Source of the DNA: Epithemia pelagica
Taxonomy: Eukaryota; Protista; Bacillariophyta
Length of the DNA stretch: 64,000 bases
Assembly (NCBI GenBank): GCA_946965045.2
Contig: OX337230.1
Span: forward strand, 2,046,001-2,110,000
Reading direction: 5' to 3'
In this document: positions 8,326 to 22,000 of the stretch, piece after piece
Position numbering within the stretch: the first letter of the stretch is position 1
How the letters are laid out: each line of letters begins with the position of its first letter
Position numbers and translations under genes: made by a program
The notes under the pieces: model-generated
What the model saw: the letters and a program-made list of their open reading frames with translations, nothing else
Told to the model about the DNA's origin: nothing
Databases searched by the model: none

Positions 8326-11300
8326 TCAGACAAGACCGTACCCAAGGCGTTCTGACCCCCGAGATGCAACTGAGTGATTGCTTCCGCCATTGGTACTGCC
8401 TCTCGGTGAGGGAACTGAAGATCCTGTTCCTCTATCATAGTTTGGAAGTGGCTCTCCGAACCCAGATCCAGCTGGGGCTAGGCTGTCGGCAGTGTAACAC
8501 AACTCTTCTTCGATTGGGATTTGTGTTTGCTTGTATGTTCCGAGGGAAAAGTATGTATCTTGAGCGCACAACTTTAACCAGCGCGGTGTATCACCTTGTA
8601 GCATGCCTTGAAGCTTTGGATACAGAGTTTTCACCATGTTTATTAACGCACGTTGAAGCTCACTCTGTACTGCAATAGCGGATTCACCTCGACCGATGCT
8701 TCCCACATTGTTTGAAGAAACTAATTGTTGGTCTTCAGATTGAGACCGTTGGTGATTGTAGCGTCGATTGTTCATGTACTCCGACAAACTTCCCTCCCGT
8801 TTGTGAAAGTTTCGGGGATCGGGATTGACAACTTGCCCCCCTCGATGTTCACGAGCCGTAATGGCTGTAGGCGCAGGGAAATCCTGGGATCCCGAGCTTC
8901 CTGGGCGCTGGCCACGACTTCGCTGTTCCGTGGTGGAAACTGAAGGCGCTCGGCCAGGAGGTCTGGAACCGTTTATAGAAGAAACTGCGGTGGTTTCATG
9001 CCGTTTGCGTTCTTGCATGTAATCCAAGAGCATTTGGCGATTCCTTGCTATCAATAAGTGCAAAAGTTCGATAAAAACGATGATAAGTCGTGCAAGCTTC
9101 ATCTGTAGTTTTCGAATCTCTTCGTCCGACAATCGATCATAGCTCTCAAGAGAAAGATCATTGGTAGTGTCTCCTTCCCTTGACTCAGAAGTTTTGCGCA
9201 TCAAAGTAAGTCCGATTTCTTTTACGTGACTGGAGTGGATAGAATCAGCTACGATCTTTACTGCATCGGTTCCAATGCCGGGATCGTTGTTGGTACCAAG
9301 AACTGCCATCCCAACCGTGGCGACTGCAGTCCGAAAGAGAACGGCACACCATTGGCAAACAGAATCTATGCCTGCCTCTAGAGGACTTTGTGTGTATACA
9401 AGACGATGCACCACTGGTTGACGAGCAACACAGGCTGGAAACGATTGCGCGACTTGTAATTGGGTGACTTTCAACGTTTTGTCCGCGTAATCACCCCCCG
9501 CGTTGCGCCACCAGTCTTTTGCCCGAGAGCGATCCTTTGGCTGAACAAAACAGAATTTGTCAACACCGGAGAGCTCGTTTTCCTCCAAGAACGCCAATCG
9601 TGATCCGCGATCATCTACGCGACGTCCAAACGTTGATGCTGATCCACTACCACCAGAAGAAAACACTGAGGCGCTAAATGATCTCATGTGTTCTCTGTAG
9701 TGGACATCAAGTCCGTCACTGGCGTGGATCGGACTTCCTTTGCCCCGTGTGTTTCCTCGACCGATTTCACTTTTCGAGCGATGGTGCAAGCTTTCAAAAG
9801 ATTCATCAACGTATCGGTGAAACCATTCCGGGAGTCCACGAAGTTTACTGTTGCTGTCAAACAAGGACCGAAGCGGGGTTACTTTGATGCGAACGGGCTC
9901 TAGTGGTGCGGGACCAAGACGATTGAAACCAAAATTGCTGGTTGCTCCCTCTTCGAATCGTTCTTCTGAACGACCGTCCAGAACAAGGTGAATAGGGGTG
10001 TTGTCTGGTATTATCGATTTGATCACCTCCCTCAACTCCTGGCCGAAGGTATCGAGGCGTACACTTCCTTCAGTTCGATACACAAACTCAACGCCACTCA
10101 ATTCATCCGGGGCACCACCATGAAACCAAACCCTGTAGAACCGTCCCAGAGTTGCCGAAAACTCTTGCGGAAGACTAGCATCAATCGGTGGGACATCGGA
10201 TACCACCGTCCTCTCTAGGTTCCTGTAAGCAATCGCCAACTTGGCGTAATTGAACTTCTGAGCGTAAAATTGTGTGGCGAGATTCCAAGCGAAACGACTA
10301 CTCTCAATAATTCCTGCTCGGAGGAAAAGGTCTCCCGCAAGCTCAGCTTCTTCTACCATTTGATCTTCCATGTCACGCAGGGTTGCCCATGGGCTGACAG
10401 AAGTATATTCAAGAGCTGATGCGATACCACAGAACAGTGTTTGGTTAGCAGCCGTATCCCACTCGTTCGCATTCAATGCGACAGAATTTGCCACGCGGTA
10501 AAATATTCTTCTGAATGAGTTGACTGGGTGTCCGTAGTGGCTGTCGTGATCGTCGAAATCATATTCAGAACCATAATCCGGATCCGTTTCCCCGCTATCT
10601 CCGTCAATGTAGACGGGATCAGGGATATTGTCAGTCCATGGCAGAAACGGGGTGTTCGACCACAAGGATCCGTGAAGTCGAGCCGCTTGTTGTAAGGTAG
10701 CATGAATGTGGAAATGGCATGTTGCCTCTTCAGCAAACTTTCGTCGAGAGGAGTGGAAGCCAGCAAGCATACGAAGCCAGGCCACACGATGTTCTGGGAG
10801 TTCGGTTGGCGAAAAGACGTCAGCGGCATTGATAAGTGCATCTTCCACAGCTTCGAAGTGTGCCACACGGCTTCGCTGTTGAGTTGTCGCATAAAACCCA
10901 AGAAACTGCTTGCTGTGTCCTTCCGAAGCATTGATAACGCGTAGGATGCTGATACGGTTCGCCCGAACAAGAGCCTCCGTCGAATGGTCACGGGCTGGGC
11001 GGTTTTCATCGTCCGTGAGATCTTGGCCTCGCGACCCTTGAATAAACGACAAAACTCGTGCTGCAATGTAAGCACGATATAGTTTCTTCAACTTTTCTGC
11101 CATACGAATCAGAGCTCCACGAAAAGCGACATTCTGACTTGCGGGTTGTTTTTCCATGCGGTCGAGAGTGCGCCAAAGAGGAACCAGACTCGCTTCAGCA
11201 CTCACGTTTGAAAAGGGCTCAAATTCCGCACGAAGGCGTCTCTGGTCACGGTAATATCTCGATGCAGCTGTAGCAACGATACGTTCCATTACCTCAGTCT

Positions 11301-14300
11301 GAACAGCAAGAAGAGGAACGCGAATCCGGAAGAAACTCCCAAAGCACTGCCATGTGCTTCGAAGGATCAGTTCAAGAAAATCGGTGGCCTCAATCCTAAC
11401 GTATGCTCTTCGGGCACCACACTGTAAAGAAACAACTCTCATCCAGTGCTGAAGTGTCTCTCCGACGCCCTCCAAGAATGTCTTTATGCCGAAGATTTTG
11501 ATCAGTTCCGCAGAAACTTTGAATGTTCGCACAACGACCACATCGCTCTGACGTAAAGCGAGAGCGTGAAGGTAAAGCGACGATGCTGCTCTTACAAAAA
11601 CTGAAATATCCAGCCGCGACAACGGGAGGGTGGCCTTCACAGGCTTCTTTCCTCCTCTAATCCGAACAGCAGGGTTGAGAAGTGATTCGCCATCAGCACT
11701 GCTGCTTAAAATACGGTAGAGCTCCCAAACCATTTGATGGCCGGCATTCACAATCACAAGGGAACCATCGTGTCCCGACCATCGGCGAGAAATCGTACTC
11801 GAGTTATAGGAATCGGCGGATTTCTCAATCTCTTCAATTTTCCTTCTTGTTAAAGCATCGAGTTGACTTTCCGCAGCTAAGAACTCTTTCTGCCAAAGTT
11901 GAACATTTTCTCTGCTTGCACCAGTGCCATCCTTCTCGAGATGCTCTTCAGAACCTTCATATTCGAGAGTTCGAAGTGAAAGGTTTAGAAGCGTGAACAT
12001 ATCCAAAACATCAGGGTCCTCCTTGACCTCGACTGGACCCCTCGGGACTCTGGGGGACGGATCGTCTGCAAATGACCAAGCACGAACGGAAGAGAAACCT
12101 CCATATTTGCCGCTGGTACCCTTCCCGCGCAAACCCCGACAAAGCTTTCTCCAGAGCGCACGAAGTAAGTTCCCTGGCGATGACTGCAAGACATAGACAA
12201 CACAAGGAAGAAGATCTTTTCGCAGTTGGCTTTTGGGAGCAAAATTAGAGAGATAGTCACATCGTGACAGCACCTTCCAGACAAAGGAGATGTGCATACC
12301 AGCAATCGGTGCGGTCTGACCAGTCAAATTTCCTTCCTGGCTTGACACCCAGAACATTTCGTGGAGAAGAGAAGCTGACCTTTGTTGAATCTGTGGTTCT
12401 GCGTGCTCCGTTCCCAACAAGCACACATCAACGATTATCTCTGATAACCAGTGAGGGTGCATTCCAGGGATCTCGTTTTTGAATTGCTGTTGGCTTCCTT
12501 CTGTGCCAACAAACGCAGCAAGACGGAACCGTTTGTACTTCTCGAGTATTTCGTCGAAGAAGAAGTCTGAACGGGACAGCAAAGGGGACCACCAATGGGA
12601 CCAGTTAAGCATTTGCGGTCCATTCACTGAGCAATTATGAAAGATGAGTTAGACAAAGTCAATGCAAACACTCGTCATAAACAATTTACCAAGACCTACC
12701 TCGGATCAACTCTGGGAAACGAACCAGACCAGATATTGCATTCAGTCTCAATTTCGTTATTTCCCAAGAGCAACGGAGACCTATAGATGAGTCTCGGTCT
12801 TGCCAATGTTTTCCTTCCTTTGTCACGAACCTGGAAAGATAAGAAAGTATCAATCGGTGCACGATTTTTGGAGCAAGAAAACTGAACATGTCTCGCAAAA
12901 AACGAATAATCGAATCGTTCACATCAATGCTCATTTGTCGTAATTCCCATGAATCGAAATTCCTGGAATCAATGCATGCATCAGCTACCATTGATATAAC
13001 CTGGTTAACAGAAGGAACAGCATTAGTACGCCGAAAACTCGATTGAACAAAAGTGCGTCTAACAACCAACGAACCTGTTCCAAGCCAAGGAAAAGAGTAT
13101 CATCCAGCATCACAAGAGGAGGGCTAGTCCAAGTAGATCCTCTTTCCAGGCCTTCCCGAAAAATCGTCGATACTCTGAATCCCAGACTCTCTTTTATTAC
13201 TTCAAACAAAAGTGGGGCCCCAGCGACGGCGACGCCAATGGAACGAGTTGCAGCTTCGGCGATTCCTTCATTTGACGACGATCCACCGTCAGAAGAAGAC
13301 TCGCCCGCTCTGTCTCCCTTCCATCCACGTTCAGGGCGCACACGTTCCCCCAGAGCTCGCTGCTCAACTAAGATAGCAGCCCACTGAAGAACGATAACTT
13401 CATAGCCAAACGGAAACCACCGGGCTGTGTGGGCAGATTGTCTTTCTAGAGAAATCAGACGGTCTGAGAAGTCAGGCAAAACGAGGCTTTTGTTTTCCTC
13501 GTTCTTGAGTGTCGGCAAGCCTTCGTTTTGATCTTTGGCGAAGTCCTTTGTCGCGTCCTCTGACTCTTCGATCACAGCCGGAGCGAAACCGTCCCCGATT
13601 CCTATGAGAGTCCAATCGATAGATGACCTGCTTCGAGTCTTTCGGTGATGGGAGGAACCCACTCGTTGTTCCTCTGTAGCTGTTCGCGGCCCCGTACTAA
13701 CAAAATTTTTCGTATGGAATTGATCGTGAGACAATTTGAACCTCCCTCTCAGAAATGCTATCTGGTGGTTAACGTACCTCACACCTATGCTTTTGCCAAT
13801 AACATCAAGGAATGCAGTCCCGGCTGATTCAATTTCGTCATCTGATTTGGGGACCGAATGAGCCTTTGGAGGAGATGATTCTCGTACGACCTCAGGTTCT
13901 GCTGGCTCCTCCTCAATCAAGCTGAAATCAAAACTAGTACTGGACTTCCGAGACCTTGGAATCCTCATTTGCTTCACTGTCTTCTTAGGTGCGTTCAAAA
14001 CAATTTCAGAATCCAAGCCCGTCGGTGAATCAGGGCTTTCCCCTTTCCCGTTTTGAGTCAAATCGGTTGTTATATCCCTATTGGAAGAGTTGGGGTCGTC
14101 TGTTTCACTGTCGTCTTGTTCTCGAATAGTTGAGAGAGCCCTCGAAGGAGCCGTCATCCATCTTCTATTTCCTGTGCTTGGACCAGAGAAGGCCTGAATC
14201 ATTGCATTGGCACTCCTGCTTCCGTCACTCTCCGGTCTATCAAAATCATCTTCTGCCGCAGTGGCAGCACGAAGTGCGCTCTGGAAGTCAGATTTCGAGT

Positions 14301-17300
14301 CTACCTTCAGCTCTTTCTTGGCGGAGGGATTGGTGAAGACTGCAGCTTCGCTTGTTATCTCTGGATGACTGTGATTGTCAAAAGTATGTTTTGGTATATC
14401 GGAAAGCCTGCGTTTGTGCGTGGGGCTTGATGTGAGACCCGAGCTCACCCGCTCTGGGCTTGACTTAAAGCTCTGTGCGTCGAAGAGTTCAAAATTATTG
14501 CGTACATGTCGCTTGCGCCTTCCTGAGGACGGTCTCGGTCTGGTGGGAGAATTGTCAGTAGCGCTGGTAGTCTTGAGAAAGCTCGGGTGGAAAACCTCAA
14601 CTGATGACCTCCCAAAGAGATTTTGTTCATCGAAAAACAACGCAATTATACGGCCTAAACAGACAATACTCCACTTTGTACCGTCGGCCTGAGACAGTCC
14701 GTTTTTGGTAAGATACAAACTGGAACCACCAAGGAGTTGAAGAATACTCGCAAATGCATGAAGACGAAGTGGTATTGGTGTGGCTGGATTCGCCCAGGCA
14801 AGACTGGCCTGCCCTGTACCAATAATAAGAGTTCTCCACAGTCTTGTTATTGCTCTCAACAAGAATCCATGACTTCGCGTTACAGGACACACATTGTATT
14901 TGACGACATCAAGTGTGGACCTCAAAAGACGGTCTTCAGCTTCGAAATAAGTTCGTGATTCTGATTCCTCAACAATGAGTTCCTTCCCCATGCTTATTTT
15001 TGACAAAAAGGCATTCTTATTCAAGTCGCTTGGTCTCTGGGAATCTTCCTCCTCATGGAGATACTCAGAAAGTACAGCATTTTGTGTATGAAGGGATGAG
15101 TTGGCACAAATTCGCACCGAGAGAGAAATTGGTTCACCGGTCGTCCTACCCCGAGATACGGAATCGTCCGCGTTGGAGACGAAGTCGGACGCGTTGGTGG
15201 AGTCGTCTGAGACCGGGGCTGCGCTACCCCCATCGGTCGTGTCTTCAGCGTAGGAATGTTCCCGTCCTGATGTTGAGTTTCCTTCTGCTATCTCTGTTTT
15301 CTCAACAAGTACAAGGGTTGTTTCATCGGCCAACCCGCTTTCGACTAAGTGAGAGGCAGGAGGCTGTGCGGAATACACAATTCGAACATCATGGATACCG
15401 TCATCGACAAGGCAACCTCCATTACGGGAAATCGGAAAAAAACCAGCAGCAATTTGATCCACACGGCTTGCATTTGTTTCCCCGTTGCCCCCGTCACCCG
15501 TGAACATTTTCTTTGCTCTTTTCCACTTGCTCCTTGAACTCATCTTTACGTGATAGACTGTGAAGACTAAACAAAAGATTCGAACAGAGCGGCTTTTAGG
15601 AGGAGGCCGCAGATCAAGAGGTAGCTTCAGTTTGAATTCATCCATAAAATGTTTGTCACTGCCGCGAGGAGAGCAGGAAGAGAGAACACTTTGTACAAGG
15701 AACGGTCCCCTTCGATTGTTGTGGAACGAAGGTCCGCAACGAGGTAAGTGGGCAAAGTAGGCAGCAAGACTTTCGTTCCATTCCAGTTCACGAAGTTCCG
15801 CTTTTATAACGACATTAGCTTTCGGACAATTGTGAAGCAATCTTGGTTGCAGTAGCATTTCGTTACAGAAGCACGTATGATAGTACGGTTCGACGTCGTG
15901 TCCGTTCACCCGTCCACGTGATACAGACTGCTGAACCGGTGGAGACATTCGGAGCGATGGGCTTAGTTGCAACCTCACTGGTGACAGCTCCTGTGCGTAT
16001 CGAATGGACTGTCCTGGTGAAGTGAAATCATCGTTACCATCCAGATACCGACCTCCTTCTTCGACCGGTTCTGCAATAATGTCGGGTTTCCACTCCGGTA
16101 GGGTGGTTGTGAATCCACTTTTCTTTGGTTTCCGTTTGCCCTTCTCCTCATCATAATCCTCGTTTCGTCGAAGTTGAAGTTCTCCGGAGAAATCGACAAG
16201 ACGGTCTCGCCCCAGTGTGCTTGCACTAACGACTTGATGAAGACCAAGATATCCAAAGTTTCTCATAACCAACATCTGAGATAAAATGAATTTGGTATGG
16301 TGAGATGTATTTTCCACAGGAAATCACAGAGAGCAACATTTTCTTTCGTACCGCTGTCCCACCATTTGTTGCCGCTACAGGACTCCCTCCCGATACTCCT
16401 GCACGTTGCTCTCGGGGAGACAACATCACCATAATATGGTCTATGATTTGACGATCTCCCAGACCTGGCGAAAAGCGGAAAAGTGGAATCTGCACCGCTC
16501 TACTACTTGGGACAACCGGATTGTCTGCTCCCCCGAAGACCTGTAGAAGAGGGGCGACCCCAAAAGCAAAAGGTAAAAGGAACGCAGACTGGCGTTGAGC
16601 AGCCTTTTCGGCACTAGTTCTGAGTTTGCCCAAATCAATCCCTTTACCGTTGCTTGCGCAACCTCCCTGTTTAAGATAAACATCGAGGGGGTCCTCCGAG
16701 AGAACTTTCTTGACCAAAAGAACAGCAAACAAATTGGCAAAATTAAGATTTGAAGGCAAAGGAAAGACACCACATCTTGTACCAACGCGCCTTCCCGCAC
16801 TTGGATCGATATCGATCTGGTCAGGCACATTCAGCACTTTGGCAAAAGGACTTGATGGTTCATAAGGCCACAGTGCACTTTCGCAACGTTTACCGACCGA
16901 CTCTTCTGTGAACACGTCAAAATTCAAAAGTTCCGTAACCCTACCACAGCGATGTAAATCTGGTAGAGGCGTCGCACCACCATTGCCACTACGGTCGCTA
17001 TTGTTGCTGCTCGACGCACCGCTCGAAGTTGTAATAGTCTCAATGTTGTAAATACCAAGGGAACAAAACATGGGCTCCACCTCCCCTCCCACAGGAGGAA
17101 ATGTAATGCCCTGTGTATCGATTTGGATATACCGATGACTGGGCGGTCGATCCGACAAGTACGGAAGGGATTGTGCCATGGAAGTTGCAGCATGCATTTG
17201 AGATAGCGGTAAGTTTTCTTTTCGGAGGGTACCAGGCGTGGGTTCCAGATGAGTGACAGCCTGTAGGGCCGTCGCCGAATGTTGCAGGGGAGGAAAATGT

Positions 17301-20300
17301 AGGCGATTGGGAACATCGGCTCCCTCGGACGATTCTTCCTCCAAGTTGACGCGTGGACTTTTTAGACTGGCGTCGTCGTCCTGCTGTGTTGTCTTGTCAC
17401 CCTGTTTTGGTACTGTGGCAGGCCAGTCTTCAGGGTCTCCCGCATTCCACCACCCATATCTCGTCCGTGACGAATATTTTCGCTTTGTGTTACTCGTTTT
17501 TCGGTGAGGAGGTGAAAAGGATCCCCTAGGAGGGCGACCTTGTTCTGAGGACGGAGAGAGTTCCGAATTCCGAGATTGTTGTCCAGTCTGGGAATGTTGA
17601 CTCTGACTCGTAAACTTGGCGCTTGACGCTTCACTTGGTGCATGGCTGGCATCCTGCTGCTGAGACGGTTGTTTGTTCGAGGAGGACTGTGGGGAGTGTT
17701 GTTGCTGTTGTTGAGGCGATGATGATTGTTGTTTTTGTTGTTGCGAAGGTTGCTGTGGTGACTGCTGTGTTGGAGCGGGCTGTTGTTGTGGCTGGTGAGA
17801 AGACGATGTAACTGAAGCTGTATGAGCCGTGGCGTCCTTGGTTGATGCAAGCGAACCCGAAGTGGTTAGGGTCACGGCCGCCGTCGAAGTTGCGGCCGCA
17901 GATGTGCTCGTGGTGGCGGCTACAGGCGCCAGTCGCTGATTGCCAACCACACGGGCATTCCAACTATGAAAGTCATCAGGTCCGAGAGCAGGATTGGGAC
18001 ACGCAGTTGTGGCAAAGACATTTGGTTTGACAAACTTTTCGACAATTTCTTGCGCTCGTTTTTGTTCATGAAATTTTTGTTGTTCTTCCTTGGTTTCATG
18101 AATCCCTAAATCTCCTTCCACCGGCAGTGGTGGATCATCGACACCGTACACAGGAACACACCCATGAGTCAGTTCGTAGTTGGTTAATGGCCTGCCTCCC
18201 GCCGCAGCCACCAACTGGGCCGATAAGGAAATTTGCTGTTGAGCCGATTCGTCCACAACGTCGACAATCGAGGGTTGTTGACCATCACCCGATAAGGATG
18301 CGAGTGCTTTGCTCAAATGATCATTGAGACCAACCTGCTTTTTGCGTTCATCGTGTTCGACCGAGTCATCATCGCTATCACCCATTCCATTGCTTCGTGG
18401 GGGAGGACGGCGACGAAAGGTATCACTCCAATTGCCTTCCCCACTCGAGGCGGCAGCCATGGCCGGTGTTCCACTAGTACTTCCCAGGGACCCCCCTCCA
18501 TTGGCATGATGCTCTCCCAACAAGGTGGACGATGTAGAAGAATGCACAGAACCACCGGTTGGAAAGGGTCCCATTGATCCTCCTCCGTCACTTCCCGTCC
18601 CTGCCGAGGAAGCTGTCAAGGTTCCACCCGCTCCTGCTGTACCATCTCCCAGAGCCCATTGAGAAAAAATTTCTTGTTCGGTTAAAGACTTTTTGTTCGT
18701 GTTGTTATTGTTGTTGTTGTTTCGAGTAGGCGGTGGGACACTGCCGCTTTCTTCCGAAAAATCAATCGACCCCGTACCCACGGTAGTAGTGGCTGCCGTG
18801 GTGGCTGTGGCCCGTCCTTGACGCAACCAATTATCCAAAGAGGAGGACTGATGGTTGGCCGCATTCCGAAGACTACCCTCATCAGCCACAAAGGAACCCG
18901 CATTGTCCAGACGAGGACTCATCAAACCAGACGCTGCATCATCGTCTCCTCGAATCCATGCCGAGAATTGTTCATTGGCCGTGAGTTGTTGTTGTTGATG
19001 CGGAGGTGTTGGATTGGGAGGGGCATTGACTGAAGATTGGCTTGATTGTGTTTGATGCAAGGGAGACCAAGATTGAGAGGAGGACGAATAGGTTTGACTC
19101 AAGGACAAGGAATATCCAGTGCTGCTTGCACCTCCATCTCCTCCTGCACCACCACCGCCACCTGTCGATGGTATCAAGTAATTGGGATACAAGGAATAAT
19201 CCGCATGATCCGACTTGGCTTCATGAAGAATGCTATCTTCCGTCGTATCATCATCATCTTCATCGTCGTACAATTCCGTAACGAGCATTCCATCCTCCTC
19301 CTTGTCATTGGGATGCAATCGACTGGGTGCTGTCAAGGATCGTGACAAGATGGAGGGTCGTTGAATGGGAGAACTTGCGTCGTCGCCCGCTTGATTCTTG
19401 GTCCGTTGACGCCGACGATTGAAAAGGCGTTGTTGTACTTGAATTTGTTGGATCCGTTGCATACGTTCGCGTTCTCCCCACAAGGGTTGGTACGTGGACA
19501 AGTAGGGGTTGCCCCGCCAAAATTCTTCATCCTTTAATTCTTGTAACACGTCAATGCCGTATCCATACACGCGAAGGGCACCGACCAGATTCCTGGCCGA
19601 ACCAGGCAAGTCTTCCATACGACACGGCGCTTGTCCATGAGATTCGGAATCATTGCCAGCGCCAGACGTCCCCGCCGTGTTGGAGGATCCAGTGGCCGTG
19701 TTGCTTTCATCTTCCTTGGCCGCGGCCGCATCCAATACCATTTGTCGTGCTTGACGAACGACACGAGGAGGAACGAGAGGACCAAAAAACAAGGGACGGG
19801 GTAAAAAGACTTGTTCCGCACACATGGAAGCCGTATCTTCCGGAATGCGCACATGAGGGGGAGGTGGACCCGTCGCCGTCGCGGCTCCTGCTGCTGCCGT
19901 TCCATCCCCCGGTGTGGCCGCGACCAAGGGGTGAGCCGGATCCAGAGGATTGGGTGTACCCACACTGTTGTTGCTGTTACTGCCGCCATGGTTCGTTTTG
20001 GAATCATCCTTTTCCAAGGCCGCCAACGCCGCGGCCAAATTGGATTTCTCCATGGAATTGGTACGTTTCATTTTTTGTTGATCAAAGGAAAAGGTTCCGG
20101 ACGAAAACGCTGTTGCCTCTGGTTGGGATGGTTGACGTTCCTCCTGTGGCGGTTCGGTGGTTGCGGACTTTGAGGAATTGGGGGGTGGTTTGGCCGAGGA
20201 GTCTTTCCCACCCGTGAATCGACCAAAGCCCAATCGTCGATGAGGTTGTTGTGGCGCAATGCCGTCGTCGGTGGTCGCATTGGCCTGGTTCCGCCGTCCT

Positions 20301-20623
20301 TGTTGCCTTCGTCGCAACAAATTCCGCTTGCTGCTGCCGTTGTTGCTGGTATTGTTGGAAGAATTGTTCGTTTTCGTGTTGTTATTGTTGTTGGAGGCAA
20401 ACGAGGCACCCGTCAAGAAAGAGGAAGCGGAATCCAGACTGACATCCATGGCGTCGCTCGAGGTGGAAGCTGCCAATGTCAAAGACGTCGTATCCGGCTT
20501 GTCACTACTGGTCTCTTCTCCCCCCTGCACCGTTTTGTTGTGACTGTCTGGATCCCAATCATCTCCCAATGCCATGGCGGCAAACATGGAAATTTCATTG
20601 CGTCGACGTTCTTCTTCCGACAT
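8326..20623 (-). CDS. Giant DOCK-family (DHR-1/DHR-2) Rho-GEF-like protein, ~3,997 aa, 5 exons
   Basis: Exons 20623-16352, 16275-13778, 13696-13075, 13000-12700 and 12626-8326 have GT-AG introns of 73-81 bp and sum to 11,994 nt, keeping frame. DHR-1 C2-like: NEMLLQPR...FMDEFKLKLPLDL...LVFTVYHV. DHR-2-like: RVAWLRMLAGFH, FYRVWFHG...EFVYR, SFPACVARQPV...SPLEAGID. Confidence 0.85.
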
Positions 20624-21527
20624 TTTTATTTAGTAGCACCAGGCGACAACCACCACAACCAAGTGCACTGGATCCACACACCCGACAGACTATGGCCTTG
20701 TCTCACTGTCACGCGCAAGTTCTCGCTCTCCGTTTCCTGTCAAACCAAGAGATGCTCGGAGATTAAATGGATGGGTCCAGTTGAAAAATCCTCCTTCACA
20801 AATTCTATGATGTGGTGCGTCCACCGTGTGTTTCCCCACTCAGAATTCTCAACGATTGTCCACGCTGGGGACAAGGTAGAAGAAGAGTGAATTGTCACAG
20901 AGTGAGTGCTCCGTTGTGGTGGATGTTGTTGCTGCTGGACCTGAGTAGTCGTTCACTTGACGTTAGCTGTTGAACGCAAGAAAAGAGACTGGAATGGACT
21001 CTTTGCCATTGCCGATCGTGAGTGTTGTTGTGTGGTCTAGCCCTTGTTGTGTATCTGTCTCGTGTCCGGTGAAAAAGTTTCTCTTTGTTGTCGTCGTGGC
21101 CATCTCCCTCACCAACTTTGTGCCAATAGGAGTATTGGATCTCGGAATCCATTCACGATCGGCACAGTCTCTATGTACACCACAATAATCGAAATCGGAA
21201 CAAACGAGGACAGAAGGTTTTCGTTATTTATTCTTCATAACAAGACCAAACCATCACATCTTGTCCTACATCCAATAAATGAATGTTAACGGTCAAACGC
21301 CCCGACCGCCGGCCATACCGTAAATGGTGTAACATTGAATTGTATGTGGAGACGACACAAGCGTGTCGTTTGGGCGCAACGGGCAATGACACTGACAAAA
21401 TATAGGAGTGGCGGCTCGCGTCCTTGGTCCTGCTTAAGAATACTTAAGGAAAATCCGTCGACAGCGCAGAAACGAGCTGATGGGTCCCACACCTGCATCC
21501 GCAACCCGCAACCAACACCCGTCCATC

Positions 21528-22000
21528 CAGGGTGACCGTTTAGACAGTCTAAAATATTTCGGGTCTAAAATAAATCTAAAAGTACTTTTAGACTGTATAA
21601 AATGTCTAAAACAGGGTCTAAAATCTCACCGTGGTTTTGTATGGCGAAGCAATAACCCTAACCCTAGACAGACAGCTACCAGGAGCGAGCATTGTCTATG
21701 ACAACACATCCAGAGGACCTCATAGCTTCATCATCTAAGTTATTGGATGGTATGTATGACATTGTTCTTGCACTCTCTAAGCATGAGAGAGGATAACTGA
21801 GACCTTACTTTGTTCATTGAGATGTCATTGAGATGAATGAGGCAGAACGGTCTCGTACTCACGCAGTGGTGGCGGCGCTACTGAAGGGTTAAGGTTAAGA
21901 GTCTAAAAATTTTATTTTAGACTCGACCTCTGTCTAATATAATTATACCCTTTTAGACCGGGTCTAAAAGTGAGGGTATAATTAGACTCCGGTCACCCTG
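21528..22000. mobile_element. Non-autonomous TIR DNA transposon (MITE or internal-deletion derivative), 473 bp
   Basis: Perfect TIR CAGGGTGACCG / CGGTCACCCTG. GTCCATC directly flanks both ends (21521-21527, 22001-22007). Many subterminal GTCTAAAA/TTTTAGAC motifs. Confidence 0.9.

Noticed and set aside
20895-21289. Short ORFs upstream of the DOCK gene
   Set aside because: Low-complexity promoter or UTR-type sequence with no motifs.
21539-21622. CRISPR-like or satellite array
   Set aside because: The motifs are 8 bp, in mixed orientation and irregularly spaced, so they are better explained as transposon subterminal repeats. There are no cas genes and the context is eukaryotic.
21652-21898. 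Telomere-like TAACCCTAAACCCTA and AGGGTTAAGGTTA inside the TIR element
   Set aside because: Only about 2 imperfect units each, too short to call an interstitial telomere.
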